The notes beneath the pieces are model-generated. The model was not told the DNA's origin and made no database searches. It worked only from the letters and a program-made list of their open reading frames with translations. Positions 7,818 through 16,564 of a stretch of DNA of 64,000 bases are shown in pieces. Source of the stretch: a virus. Numbering within the stretch: the first letter of the stretch is position 1; each line of letters starts with the position of its first letter. The position numbers and the translations under genes were made by a program. The stretch is taken from positions 1-64,000 of the IMG/VR virus record IMGVR_UViG_3300048793_000029; one strand, written 5' to 3'.

Positions 7818-8482
7818 CAGTCCATACTCACCTTGAATGTTCCCTTTCCTGTTCCGCCACTCATTTTGCTCAAAGGCCTTCCGGCCCCGATACCAACCTG
7901 CCAGCCGGCGCGGGCCAGAAGATTGACAATATCCTGGGCCTTGAAGACATCGTCGTCCCACTCGATCTCAAATTTGGCTGACCACTTCTCGAAAATCGCT
8001 CGCGCTGCCAAATCGGTTGACGCCATGCCAACCTTGACCCGCTCGATATGCATCCTCGGCTCGCCTTCGATCTTGATCAGCGGTTCTAGGTTCTCCGCAT
8101 CGAGCCCTTGAGCGACGATGAAGATGCACATCTTGGCACGGACCATGTCCATCTCAGTCAGGCGGCAAGCGTCGATCATAGCATTGCGCAGCGCGGTGGC
8201 TGGAATACCGGGCCACCCTTCCTTAGATATGTGCATTGAGCCACGATACACCTTCTCGAAATCCTTCGGCGCCTTTGCTTTGCGGGTCTTCTTGGCCGCC
8301 GAACCTTCCTTCTGCGTTGCGAGCATCTTGTCGCGGTTCTCGGAACTGAACCGGTTCTGCAAATAGGGAGCAGTACCGGTGATCTTTACTCTAGCCGTTG
8401 CCATCTTTGGCGGCGTGATGGTGACTTTCGTTTCCGTAACAGGGGCCGCGCTAACGGCCTTCAGTTGCATTACTTTTGACAT
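7817..8482 (-). CDS. Stand-alone Cas7/RAMP-like RNA-binding protein
   Basis: RAMP-like signature: ARVKITGTAPYL, GIPATALRNAMIDA (cf. IPgsslKGa), C-terminal Gly-rich loop GIGAGRP...GGTGKGTFKV; directly upstream of the repeat array. Confidence 0.7.
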   Translation of the reverse strand: MSKVMQLKAVSAAPVTETKVTITPPKMATARVKITGTAPYLQNRFSSENRDKMLATQKEGSAAKKTRKAKAPKDFEKVYRGSMHISKEGWPGIPATALRNAMIDACRLTEMDMVRAKMCIFIVAQGLDAENLEPLIKIEGEPRMHIERVKVGMASTDLAARAIFEKWSAKFEIEWDDDVFKAQDIVNLLARAGWQVGIGAGRPLSKMSGGTGKGTFKVSMD

Positions 8483-8516
8483 CTTTTAGTCCTCTCTGCT
8501 GTGGTTTGTTAAGTCT

Positions 8517-10046
8517 TCACGTTACATCTTCCAACAAATTCCGCTTCAACTTATATGACGTCATTCCCTTCACATGCTTCCGCGCCTCCTGCCCGAACCG
8601 CTGAGCAATCGAATCAAGGTAGCGGGGGCTAGTGAAGTACGCCTGGAACGCTTGATCGCGAGCGCGGAGAACAGCGGCGGGGGACAAGTCGCCGGTGACG
8701 TAGGGGATGGTGTGCTCGTTGTGCATGCTGAAGGCCTCCCACGGCGGTGGCTTCCAGCCGGCGGCGACCGCGTCGTCGTAGAGCTTGCTACCGGGGAACG
8801 CTTGCGTGGGATAAAAGTTCGCCCACGCGGTGTTGAGTTCTTGGGCCAGCGCAAGGGTCGCCTCCATAGTCTCTGGCGTCTCGCCGGGTAGGCCGAAGAT
8901 GTAGTTGGCGCCGATGTGGATGCCGGCCGCCTCGATCTTGTGGACCACGGCCTTGATCTGCTCTGACGACATGCTCTTGTCGGCGCCGTCGCGGACTTCG
9001 GCGCTACCGGACTCGATGCCCAAGGCAAACCATTTAAAGCCGGCGGCGCGGAACAGTCCTAGCTCGCCGACCTCGAACTTGTAGTCGGGGCGGCAGTAGC
9101 ACCAGCTGTTGATCTTCTTGCCCAGGCCCGACGCAATCAGCCGCTCGCAAATCGCCTTGGTGTGGCGGCGGTTCAAGACGAACAGTTCATCGACGAACTT
9201 GAAGGTTTCGACACCGTGGTCGCGGTTGAGCATCACCATCTCGTCAATCACAGCTTGCGGGTCGCGCATGCGGTAGCGGTTGGTGTGTTGAAAGACATTT
9301 ATCATACAGAAACTACAAGTGAACGCGCATCCAAGTGAAGTGCAGATGGCGGCGTAGGGGCTGCGCTTTGATTGGTCGTCGAACCGCTGCCAGTTGTGCG
9401 AGCGGTACTTGGATGGAGGCGGCAGCAGGTGCCAGGCGCGGCCGTGCAGGTCCTTGTTGATGTCGAGCAGCGGGGCGCGGTGGTTTTGCTTAACAACATC
9501 ATCCAGGGTTTTGGCACGACCAGCTTCTAGAGCTTCTGTACTGCACCATACCAGTCCAGGAACTTCCCACAGCGGGTCGTTGTTGAGCAGCCCCATGATG
9601 GTCAGCGGCCCCTCGCCGTCGATCACGAAGTCTACTGGCTCCTCAACCAAAGTCTGCACCGGCAGGGCCGACGGGTGGTTGCCCATCATGACGATCTTCG
9701 GCTGCCGGTCGAGGTCGGCGCCTATGTCGGACGTTCGGTAGCTCTGCCGGATGGCCTCCGCCGCCAGCCTCGCCCCCGGCATGGCCTGGGTGCTGGCGCT
9801 GGGCTGATGGCCCGACACCACGATAGCAGCGATGCGAGGGTTGAGGGCCGCGACCCGTTCGCCTATCTGGCCGGGGCTCAGCCCCTCGCACTCGGCATCG
9901 ATGATCTTGACGTCGACGCCGCGGTCAAGCAGGTAGCCTGCTATCAAGCGGGGCCACAACGGCTGCTCACGGCTAACCAGCGTATCGCCGAGCTGGCCGT
10001 AGATGCCGTGGACGCCGTTGGGGTGGATCAGGACTACGTCAACCAT
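8517..10046 (-). CDS. B12-binding radical SAM enzyme (class B methyltransferase-like)
   Basis: CAFTCSFC (CxxxCxxC), GNHPSALP cobalamin-domain motif, FVDELF, LGIESGS, YIFGLPGET; start moved to ATG 10046. Confidence 0.9.
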   Translation of the reverse strand: MVDVVLIHPNGVHGIYGQLGDTLVSREQPLWPRLIAGYLLDRGVDVKIIDAECEGLSPGQIGERVAALNPRIAAIVVSGHQPSASTQAMPGARLAAEAIRQSYRTSDIGADLDRQPKIVMMGNHPSALPVQTLVEEPVDFVIDGEGPLTIMGLLNNDPLWEVPGLVWCSTEALEAGRAKTLDDVVKQNHRAPLLDINKDLHGRAWHLLPPPSKYRSHNWQRFDDQSKRSPYAAICTSLGCAFTCSFCMINVFQHTNRYRMRDPQAVIDEMVMLNRDHGVETFKFVDELFVLNRRHTKAICERLIASGLGKKINSWCYCRPDYKFEVGELGLFRAAGFKWFALGIESGSAEVRDGADKSMSSEQIKAVVHKIEAAGIHIGANYIFGLPGETPETMEATLALAQELNTAWANFYPTQAFPGSKLYDDAVAAGWKPPPWEAFSMHNEHTIPYVTGDLSPAAVLRARDQAFQAYFTSPRYLDSIAQRFGQEARKHVKGMTSYKLKRNLLEDVT

Positions 10047-10276
10047 CACCAACTCCTCGCGGCCAAGCCGCTGGCAAACCCCACCACCTGCTTCACGCCA
10101 CCACCTCGCAACCCTACCTGATACCTCAGCTCCTCGGCCAGCCGCGTGCCGTAGTAGCCGGCGCACTTGAGGCTGGCCTTGAGCACCGCTTCCGAACCGC
10201 CGGCGGCATATTCCCGGCAAGCTCGCTCGTAGCGCCAGCGGTGGACCTCGGCGGCATCGGGGTTGGAGCCTAGCAT
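10046..10276 (-). CDS. Hypothetical protein
   Basis: 76-aa ORF tightly packed between neighbours. Confidence 0.5.
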   Translation of the reverse strand: MLGSNPDAAEVHRWRYERACREYAAGGSEAVLKASLKCAGYYGTRLAEELRYQVGLRGGGVKQVVGFASGLAARSW

Positions 10277-10278
10277 TT

Positions 10279-10617
10279 TTAGTCCTCAACCCGCCGCAGA
10301 CCCTCGGGGGTATATTCTTGCTGGCGGCGAACGTGGTAGATGCCCTTGTCAAACATAATCGGCTCGTGCTGGTCAAACTCGCGCAGGTGCTCAAGCGCGG
10401 TTGGCTCGTCAACTACCAACAAACAATCCATTATCGAGTCCGGCAACCGATACATTGTGACACTCTCGGCCTTCATGACGTGGTGATGGCCGGTTTCCGA
10501 GTGGGTCACGATCACACGGCCAGCTTCGGCCTTTACAGCAACAACCGCTTCCGGCAACGCATTGATGCGGCGGATGTAGATGTCGCCCTGTGCGCAGTAG
10601 TCTTTGAAGGTTCTCAT
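10279..10617 (-). CDS. Conserved phage protein, His-rich cupin-like
   Basis: QGDI...HSETGHHH...LEH...HEPI...RRQQEY pattern, recalled as the usual neighbour of DUF6745 genes. Confidence 0.65.
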   Translation of the reverse strand: MRTFKDYCAQGDIYIRRINALPEAVVAVKAEAGRVIVTHSETGHHHVMKAESVTMYRLPDSIMDCLLVVDEPTALEHLREFDQHEPIMFDKGIYHVRRQQEYTPEGLRRVED

Positions 10618-10618
10618 A

Positions 10619-11704
10619 TTAAGTCCTCACTTCTGGCTTGATGAACGTCTTTTTGTCTAGGCCCCACGTCCATGCTTGGGCCTCTAATGCAGTTTTCATA
10701 GTAGGCGGCACAGGCAACGCAAACTGCCGTTTGGTGCCGCAGAGTACGCGCAAGAACCTCTCCTTACCGATCTCTGGTAATTCAACCTCGACAAGCTCTC
10801 CGATCTCTGGGTCGCCGTCTCGATCGACAATCTTGGACTTCAATTCGGTCAGAATGCGATCCCAACCTAAAATTTCACAAGCGGCACGACGCTGTTCAAT
10901 GTTCGTCCAAGTCAAAGCCATCTTTGAAGTCAACTTGTGGCGCTCAACAATCCACTCTGGCGGCACTTGCGTTCCGTGCCAGTGATAGAGGCCCCAACCT
11001 GTCCCGGCATACTTTATCGACATGCCTGTGTCATAGTGCAGACGGCCCTCACCGTCTAAATGAATTTCTGATGGCCGCTCTGAAGCAAAACAAACATCAT
11101 CTAGTGTCCAATAAAAACCACAACTCTCAGTCATTTCGAGGAAGTTGCGATCAATAGCGATGCCGCAAACTTCGCTGAAATAGTCGGCCCAAGCAGAATA
11201 TCCTGCGTTCCAGACAGAGCCACCAAAATAAGCGGTGCCAGCCGAGTACACCGCCGAGTCCACCGCCGAGTCCACCGCCGAGCGCACCGCCGAGTCCACC
11301 GCCGAGCGCACCGCCGAGCGCACCGCCGAGTCCACCGCCGAGTCCACCGCCGAGCGCACCGCCGAGTCCACCGCCGAGCGCACCGCCGAGTCCACCGCCG
11401 AGCGCACCGCCGAGTCCACCGCCGAGCGCACCGCCGAGTCCACCGCCTTCTTGGCGGTGGGCTCTAATCTGTGCTGAATGATATTACTGTAAACAATTGC
11501 GCTCAAAGTGGCGCTAATTGGACACGGCAGCCAGATCACGCGCGGTTCTTTTAGACTGGCTAGACGGTACAAACCCGCAATGGCTTTCTCGGCGCGCGGT
11601 CGATCCGCAGGCTTCGTCGATAGTCCGATCTCTATCCATTTGCGCGTGAACTCCGGGAAACGGGCTTCCTGGTCCTTCGTTAGTTTGGTAATGAGTTTTT
11701 TCAT
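10619..11704 (-). CDS. DUF6745-like phage protein with internal SAV[D/R] repeat
   Basis: CFASERPSEIHLDGEGRLH...GWGLYHWHG...NIEQRRAACEILGW motif. Confidence 0.75.
   Translation of the reverse strand: MKKLITKLTKDQEARFPEFTRKWIEIGLSTKPADRPRAEKAIAGLYRLASLKEPRVIWLPCPISATLSAIVYSNIIQHRLEPTAKKAVDSAVRSAVDSAVRSAVDSAVRSAVDSAVRSAVDSAVDSAVRSAVRSAVDSAVRSAVDSAVDSAVYSAGTAYFGGSVWNAGYSAWADYFSEVCGIAIDRNFLEMTESCGFYWTLDDVCFASERPSEIHLDGEGRLHYDTGMSIKYAGTGWGLYHWHGTQVPPEWIVERHKLTSKMALTWTNIEQRRAACEILGWDRILTELKSKIVDRDGDPEIGELVEVELPEIGKERFLRVLCGTKRQFALPVPPTMKTALEAQAWTWGLDKKTFIKPEVRT
11241..11447 (-). repeat. 12-bp tandem repeat, about 17 copies (SAVD/SAVR/SAVY)
   Basis: ccgccgagtcca / ccgccgagcgca iterations. Confidence 0.95.
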
Positions 11705-11922
11705 TCGCTCAGCTCATAGTTGCTGTAACTGTTCTGCTTTTCGTAGTCCCAGTCTAGGTCGTCAATGGGCCTGACTTGGATTCGCTGTTTGACTTCATGC
11801 GTGAGGCAATACGCCTTGCGCTCCTCGAAGGTCTTGAGCCGCAGGTACTCGTCGAGGCGAAAGTCAATCATTGCTGTCGGTCCCTCGAAAGAGGGTGCAT
11901 CCTCTTGAAATGACCCTCGCAC
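11701..11922 (-). CDS. Hypothetical protein (true start probably the internal MIDF)
   Basis: ORF track; packing with neighbours. Confidence 0.45.
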   Translation of the reverse strand: MRGSFQEDAPSFEGPTAMIDFRLDEYLRLKTFEERKAYCLTHEVKQRIQVRPIDDLDWDYEKQNSYSNYELSE

Positions 11923-12299
11923 CAGGAAGTGCCTGGCTTCACAACATCACCACAAAATAACATTGTCGAGGCTTCGCCTTCGATCCACCGACAGTGCCAC
12001 GACTTGGCATCGTATAGGTTAACACCGCCTTTCGTGGATCGCGACCTATTTGGTCTCGGCGGCAGCCTCAACTTGACCTTCTTGAACCGTCGGGCCGGCA
12101 CTCGCTCAAACTCGCGCTTGATCGATGGCTCGCGATCGGTGCGGATGGAGTTAGTTCTTACGATGCCGAGGCGGTGCAACTTGCCTATGATGGCGTTGCG
12201 ACTGACGGCTCCGACCTCCCTGGTGATCTCTAGCGTACTTTTACCGAGAGCGTGAAGTTGCTTCAGTAGAGTAGTGCGATCATTGGTCCAGAAGGTCAT
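11868..12299 (-). CDS. gcrA: GcrA cell-cycle regulator-like protein
   Basis: WTNDRTTLLKQLHALGKS...VSRNAIIGKLHRLG N-terminus and CRW...FCG...WCEGH C-terminus. Confidence 0.85.
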   Translation of the reverse strand: MTFWTNDRTTLLKQLHALGKSTLEITREVGAVSRNAIIGKLHRLGIVRTNSIRTDREPSIKREFERVPARRFKKVKLRLPPRPNRSRSTKGGVNLYDAKSWHCRWIEGEASTMLFCGDVVKPGTSWCEGHFKRMHPLSRDRQQ

Positions 12300-12337
12300 G
12301 ACGTTGATCCCGAAGAAAAAACATCCCGTTACTTACT

Positions 12338-12508
12338 TTAGGCGGCCAACTTGCTGGCAACTTTTGTCAATTCGACTTCAGTGGCCCAAGTATAGCTTTT
12401 GCCCATCTTCTTGATCTTGGCTTCGCGAAGCTTGATCCGAACGGTGCTGGGCTTCAACTTCATTTTCTTGGCCAGATGGGCGATGCCAAACTTAGCAACT
12501 TTTGCCAT
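12338..12508 (-). CDS. Small basic HTH-like protein
   Basis: GIAHLAKKMKLKPSTVRIKLREAKI...YTW; paralogous domains elsewhere in the window. Confidence 0.6.
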   Translation of the reverse strand: MAKVAKFGIAHLAKKMKLKPSTVRIKLREAKIKKMGKSYTWATEVELTKVASKLAA

Positions 12509-12512
12509 GTCG

Positions 12513-13865
12513 TTACTTCCTTTCAAAGTGTGAAACTACTTGATAGACCGATGACTTTTTACCTTCTATCACCTTTATCTTCTCTTCGTCAACTGTATCT
12601 ACAGCAAACAAAAGATAAGCATTTAGTACCTTTTTCTGGTTCTTACCATAGAGCCGGAAGAGTACCTGCTCGAAATCGATGAAGCTGTGGTTAATAGAGT
12701 AGAAGATCAATTCACATGATCGAGTTAGATCGATGGCTACCCCGCCAGTGCGTAATTGACAGATGAGAGCATCAACCTTTCCGGCCTGAAAGTCTCGGAT
12801 CAACTGAACTCTTTCCTCTCCTTTAATTCCACCATGAAGGGATCGAATATGAGACCAAGGCAATGATTTACGGATTAGGGGAATCTCGTGTGAGAACAAG
12901 CAGAAAATTACCACTGGGGGCTTAAGTCGATTAGCCAGCCACTTTAGTTTGCGGGCTTTGGCTCCACCCGTAGGTCTTGAAATGTCATCTTCATCAAGAA
13001 TCAGACCGCCAGTAATTTGCTCAAGCTTGCTTTTAACAGTGATGCTAAGAGGAGCCACGATACGAACACCGCCAACTTCAATGACCCCATTGTCCCGCAT
13101 GTCTTCATAGAGTTTACGTTGATTGCCTAGCAAATGAAAAGGGACAGGATGAAGTTGAATCGGTTTGAGCTTCAAAAAGTCCACGGTTAAGCGATAGATA
13201 TGGTTCTTTAGTTTATCAAGAAATTGCCGTTGTTTGTCTTTATTAAATCTCCATTCATGCCCCATGAACCCGGCTTTGTAGCAGTACTCCTCGGCAAAAG
13301 GTGTCCAGTCTTCCCCTAGTACGGTGTGATCAATGAACCTCATCTGACTCCATACATCGATCTCACTTTCGTCAATCGGGGTACCAGAGAGGGCGATGCG
13401 TCGTGGAACCGCATCGCGAAATCGACGGGCAGCCCGTGACTGGAGGGAGTTTCGGTTCTTAAGCCCCTGCGACTCGTCGATAATAAGGACTTGCCAAGGC
13501 AGTTTAGCGAGCTGCTTGGACGTTTTAGTGAATAACTGCCAATGCACCACTAGGGCAACCGGCCCGGAAGCCCCCTTGAGCTCCTCACGATTACGGCAGA
13601 TTAGGTAGGGGGACTGTTGAAGAGCCGTGACCCACACGAGGTCGACTGCAGTGAGAGGCGCGACGATCAAGACAGTGGGCCAATGCAGTTTCTCAAGCAC
13701 GGCCATGGAGATAAAGGTTTTACCGGTTCTTTGCTGGGAGAAGAGGCCTACACAGCCTTCTTTGATTACAAAATCAGCGGCGTCTTTTTGCTCTGGCAAT
13801 AGTCGATGATACCAACTCAATGGCCTCTTCGGGTGACGTGACGACACCGGCGCAACCTCCCGCAA
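12513..13865 (-). CDS. SNF2-like superfamily 2 helicase
   Basis: QRTGKT (motif I), IIDESQ (II), LSGTP (III), GGVAIDL (V). Confidence 0.88.
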   Translation of the reverse strand: MREVAPVSSRHPKRPLSWYHRLLPEQKDAADFVIKEGCVGLFSQQRTGKTFISMAVLEKLHWPTVLIVAPLTAVDLVWVTALQQSPYLICRNREELKGASGPVALVVHWQLFTKTSKQLAKLPWQVLIIDESQGLKNRNSLQSRAARRFRDAVPRRIALSGTPIDESEIDVWSQMRFIDHTVLGEDWTPFAEEYCYKAGFMGHEWRFNKDKQRQFLDKLKNHIYRLTVDFLKLKPIQLHPVPFHLLGNQRKLYEDMRDNGVIEVGGVRIVAPLSITVKSKLEQITGGLILDEDDISRPTGGAKARKLKWLANRLKPPVVIFCLFSHEIPLIRKSLPWSHIRSLHGGIKGEERVQLIRDFQAGKVDALICQLRTGGVAIDLTRSCELIFYSINHSFIDFEQVLFRLYGKNQKKVLNAYLLFAVDTVDEEKIKVIEGKKSSVYQVVSHFERK

Positions 13866-14094
13866 GTTGGATCAACTCTATTTCAATCTTTTGTAAGTCT
13901 GAAGGCTTAGATTTCTTTCCCTTTCCGGGCTGTTTGACTTCTAGACCAAAAAACAGCCCATTCACGCAGCCAAGCAGGTCGGGGATGCCGGCTTTTTGAT
14001 AAGGACCTCCCCAGATTTTATACCAATGACCTCCGACGGCAGTGACTAGCTGCCGTCGGATATTTCGTTGAAGCCTTGACTCTGGCTTAGCCAT
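13774..14094 (-). CDS. VRR-NUC domain nuclease
   Basis: ESRLQ...GIPDL...GLEVKQP...LQ pattern. Confidence 0.88.
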   Translation of the reverse strand: MAKPESRLQRNIRRQLVTAVGGHWYKIWGGPYQKAGIPDLLGCVNGLFFGLEVKQPGKGKKSKPSDLQKIEIELIQLAGGCAGVVTSPEEAIELVSSTIARAKRRR

Positions 14095-14728
14095 CTAACA
14101 GGTCATTTTCTTCGAGAGCCGCGGTAACGGCGGCAATTTTCTTGCGAAGAATTTTGTAGTCGCTTAGGTCGACGCCCAGATCATGCTTTTCAATCAAGGA
14201 CTCGAGCTCATCTTCGCTCATTTCCTTGACTTCATCCTCACTCACCTTGACGACCTTACCCTTGCCGGCGCCCTTGGCGCTACTCTTGGCCGAACGGGAC
14301 TCCGGCTCTTCGGCCTCGGGAACAACGATGGCGGCGAGTTTCGATCGGGTCTTGCCCTGGTACTCGTCGTCTTCTACGACAGCTGTGCCTTCGAGACCTT
14401 CGAGTTCATCGAGATCCACGTCCATGACGCTGTCCGGCACTTCGACGCCAAGCCCTTCGAGTGTCTGACGCAATTTCCAGAGCGCCTGCTCGACGAGGGG
14501 GGTATAGAAATAAAATAGCTTCCCCTTCGCCTTTCCATCGGTTCCTTTGAAATGCCACTCAATTTGCTCGTTGTCGTTGCTGCTGATACCAACCTCGGCA
14601 GAGTCAACGATTACGCCGTACTCGCCTTCGGGAATATGAAAACCACCACCGCCGCCGGACTCGACGTCGCTGAAATCAACTTCGATAGTGCGTTTCTTCT
14701 TCGCTGTACGACTGGCTGGTCTTGCCAT
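14087..14728 (-). CDS. DUF669-like putative ssDNA-binding protein
   Basis: DFSDVE...IPEGEY...ALWKL pattern, acidic; adjacent to the Sak4-like ATPase. Confidence 0.6.
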   Translation of the reverse strand: MARPASRTAKKKRTIEVDFSDVESGGGGGFHIPEGEYGVIVDSAEVGISSNDNEQIEWHFKGTDGKAKGKLFYFYTPLVEQALWKLRQTLEGLGVEVPDSVMDVDLDELEGLEGTAVVEDDEYQGKTRSKLAAIVVPEAEEPESRSAKSSAKGAGKGKVVKVSEDEVKEMSEDELESLIEKHDLGVDLSDYKILRKKIAAVTAALEENDLLDG

Positions 14729-14796
14729 ATTAGTTTACTCCTTGTTGCTGGTGGAATGGTTTATCCCGACAGGCCCACCGGATACCGAGTCGAGAA

Positions 14797-15636
14797 TTAT
14801 TTGCCCTTGATCACGTCAATGACATCCGAATAGGAGGCGTCTTCAATGAACGCGGGCGGTGGAACGTCTTTCGGCTTACGAAGTTTCGTCAAATAGTAAG
14901 GACCGGGGCCCACGCGTAGGCAGTACTGAATCTCTTCTTTCGATACCTTCTTCCCCTTGATGTCTTTCTTGAACCGACGCAGTCGAACGAAAGTATTAGC
15001 GATCACGGACACCGCCGCATTGAGGGCGATCGCCACAGACTTCATGACGTGAGGTCCAACCTCCGGAGAAATTGCGTTGTCGGAGTCATCTACCTCGTCT
15101 TCGTCGGTGGCGGAGATGCGTTCTTGCGCCAGGAACACGACCTCCATGGGCAAGTTTCGTAGATTGATGATCCAATCCTTCATCAGACCGGAAGCAGTGC
15201 CCCAGTCTCGCTTAGTCATTGATCCCCAGTCGCCGACTCGGGTAGTGTCTTTTTTCTTGTCGCTGATCACATACTCGAGACACACCTGCTGAAGCTGAGT
15301 GATAGTGTCCATCACCACCGTCTTGTACTTCTTAGGATTAGCTTTTAGATAGTAGTAGGCTTCCTCGAATCTTTCCCATGAGTCGATCTCGACCATATCG
15401 ATGTCGTCATGATCAGCGATAGAGTCGGTACCTTGATCGCGCACATCCAACAACAAGATGGGCTTGGGAAAAGTTGCCGCGAATGTGGTCTTGCCACTAC
15501 CGGATTTACCATAGATCGCCCAAGACCGCGGACGATTGAGTAAGCTGATGGGACGCGGGTGGATATCACCGTCGTCCTCATCAGTCTCGGGTCTCTTCTT
15601 CAGTGGTTTCTTTAGCTTCATCTTTACGGATGACAT
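14797..15636 (-). CDS. AAA_24/Sak4-like ATPase
   Basis: IYGKSGSGKTT Walker A, TVVMDTIT Walker B, VFLAQE. Confidence 0.85.
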   Translation of the reverse strand: MSSVKMKLKKPLKKRPETDEDDGDIHPRPISLLNRPRSWAIYGKSGSGKTTFAATFPKPILLLDVRDQGTDSIADHDDIDMVEIDSWERFEEAYYYLKANPKKYKTVVMDTITQLQQVCLEYVISDKKKDTTRVGDWGSMTKRDWGTASGLMKDWIINLRNLPMEVVFLAQERISATDEDEVDDSDNAISPEVGPHVMKSVAIALNAAVSVIANTFVRLRRFKKDIKGKKVSKEEIQYCLRVGPGPYYLTKLRKPKDVPPPAFIEDASYSDVIDVIKGK

Positions 15637-16564
15637 ATTCGTGCTCCTTCACGTAATCTTCATCGGAACCTTGTAGAGCCGCTCGACAGAGAGGCTCAAA
15701 CTCGCACCAGGTACAGTGCTTATCTATACTGCGCGGGACGGGCTTGTCGAAATTAGTATCCCTTAGATGACGAGCCGAAAGGGTGAAATCACGGACGAGG
15801 TTATCAACGACCGCCTTCTTGGTTGGAGTATAGACGCGTTGATACCAAGTTGACATGTTGAGTGTCTGCGAGTCAATCAGATCTTTGTAGTCTCGAGGAT
15901 TGAGTTTATGCTTCTTGATCGTGTCGATCACGACCTGAGGAAGAGAGTCCAGCCTTTTCTCACTTAGTTTGCCCGACTTGAGCAACTCCGGCCTAGTGGG
16001 AGGTTTCGATCGTATGTAATCCCACAGGGTTCCTTCGAGACTCCACCATCCCAACATTTCGATGAAACGGATATAGACCGCTGACTGAAGGTTCCGCCAA
16101 CGATGGTCGGCGTCGGGGAATTGCTTGTTGTTCTTGTGCTCAACAAGCCAGTTCATTTTGCGCGACTTCGCTACACCGTCAAGTTTACCTGTGGCGACGA
16201 TGTCGGTAGTAAGCTCGATCTCGAACTCGATCTCCGCCTTTTTTCCGTCGTGGGGCAACATGACGAGTGGGTCTTTTTTCCAGTGCTCCAGATAGCCCCG
16301 CATGATATAGCCAGCATCGGCAACAATTTCTCCGTAAGCCTCTCGCTCCTCACGAAATAGTCGAACATTCTGCTTGGCGATCTCGTCGAGCTTCTTGAAA
16401 GGGTCTTTGCCTTCAACATGCACTTCAATCAACTCGTGCATGATGGAGCCAAATTGCAACGGCCGTGCCTTGGCCTTTCGACGTAGACGATCGTGGTATT
16501 TGTACTTGAATGCTTGAAGGCACCGACGGCCGGTGTTGATTTTGCTTTGACTGACTCTAAACAT
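15581..16564 (-). CDS. PD-(D/E)XK (Cas4/RecB-like) exonuclease
   Basis: SQSKI...C, GSIMH, GKLDG...VEHK, QSAVY, CTWCEFEPLC. Confidence 0.85.
   Translation of the reverse strand: MFRVSQSKINTGRRCLQAFKYKYHDRLRRKAKARPLQFGSIMHELIEVHVEGKDPFKKLDEIAKQNVRLFREEREAYGEIVADAGYIMRGYLEHWKKDPLVMLPHDGKKAEIEFEIELTTDIVATGKLDGVAKSRKMNWLVEHKNNKQFPDADHRWRNLQSAVYIRFIEMLGWWSLEGTLWDYIRSKPPTRPELLKSGKLSEKRLDSLPQVVIDTIKKHKLNPRDYKDLIDSQTLNMSTWYQRVYTPTKKAVVDNLVRDFTLSARHLRDTNFDKPVPRSIDKHCTWCEFEPLCRAALQGSDEDYVKEHEYVIRKDEAKETTEEETRD

Noticed and set aside
7635-7961. 108-aa ORF with AKQ/AQ repeats, and other ORFs crossing the array
   Set aside because: Shadow translation: it overlaps the Cas7-like gene, and the repeat period is 5 nt, not a multiple of 3
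10047-10412. Long N-terminal extension of the radical SAM ORF
   Set aside because: Overlaps two better genes; the RBS and domain start fit ATG 10046. Extensions of the epimerase and TS ORFs were trimmed for the same reason
11235-11477. Plus-strand TAES/TAER repeat ORF
   Set aside because: Antisense reading of the SAVD/SAVR repeat
15581-16564. Cas4 as part of a CRISPR system
   Set aside because: Context (Sak4-like ATPase, SSB-like, polymerase) indicates an ordinary phage recombination exonuclease
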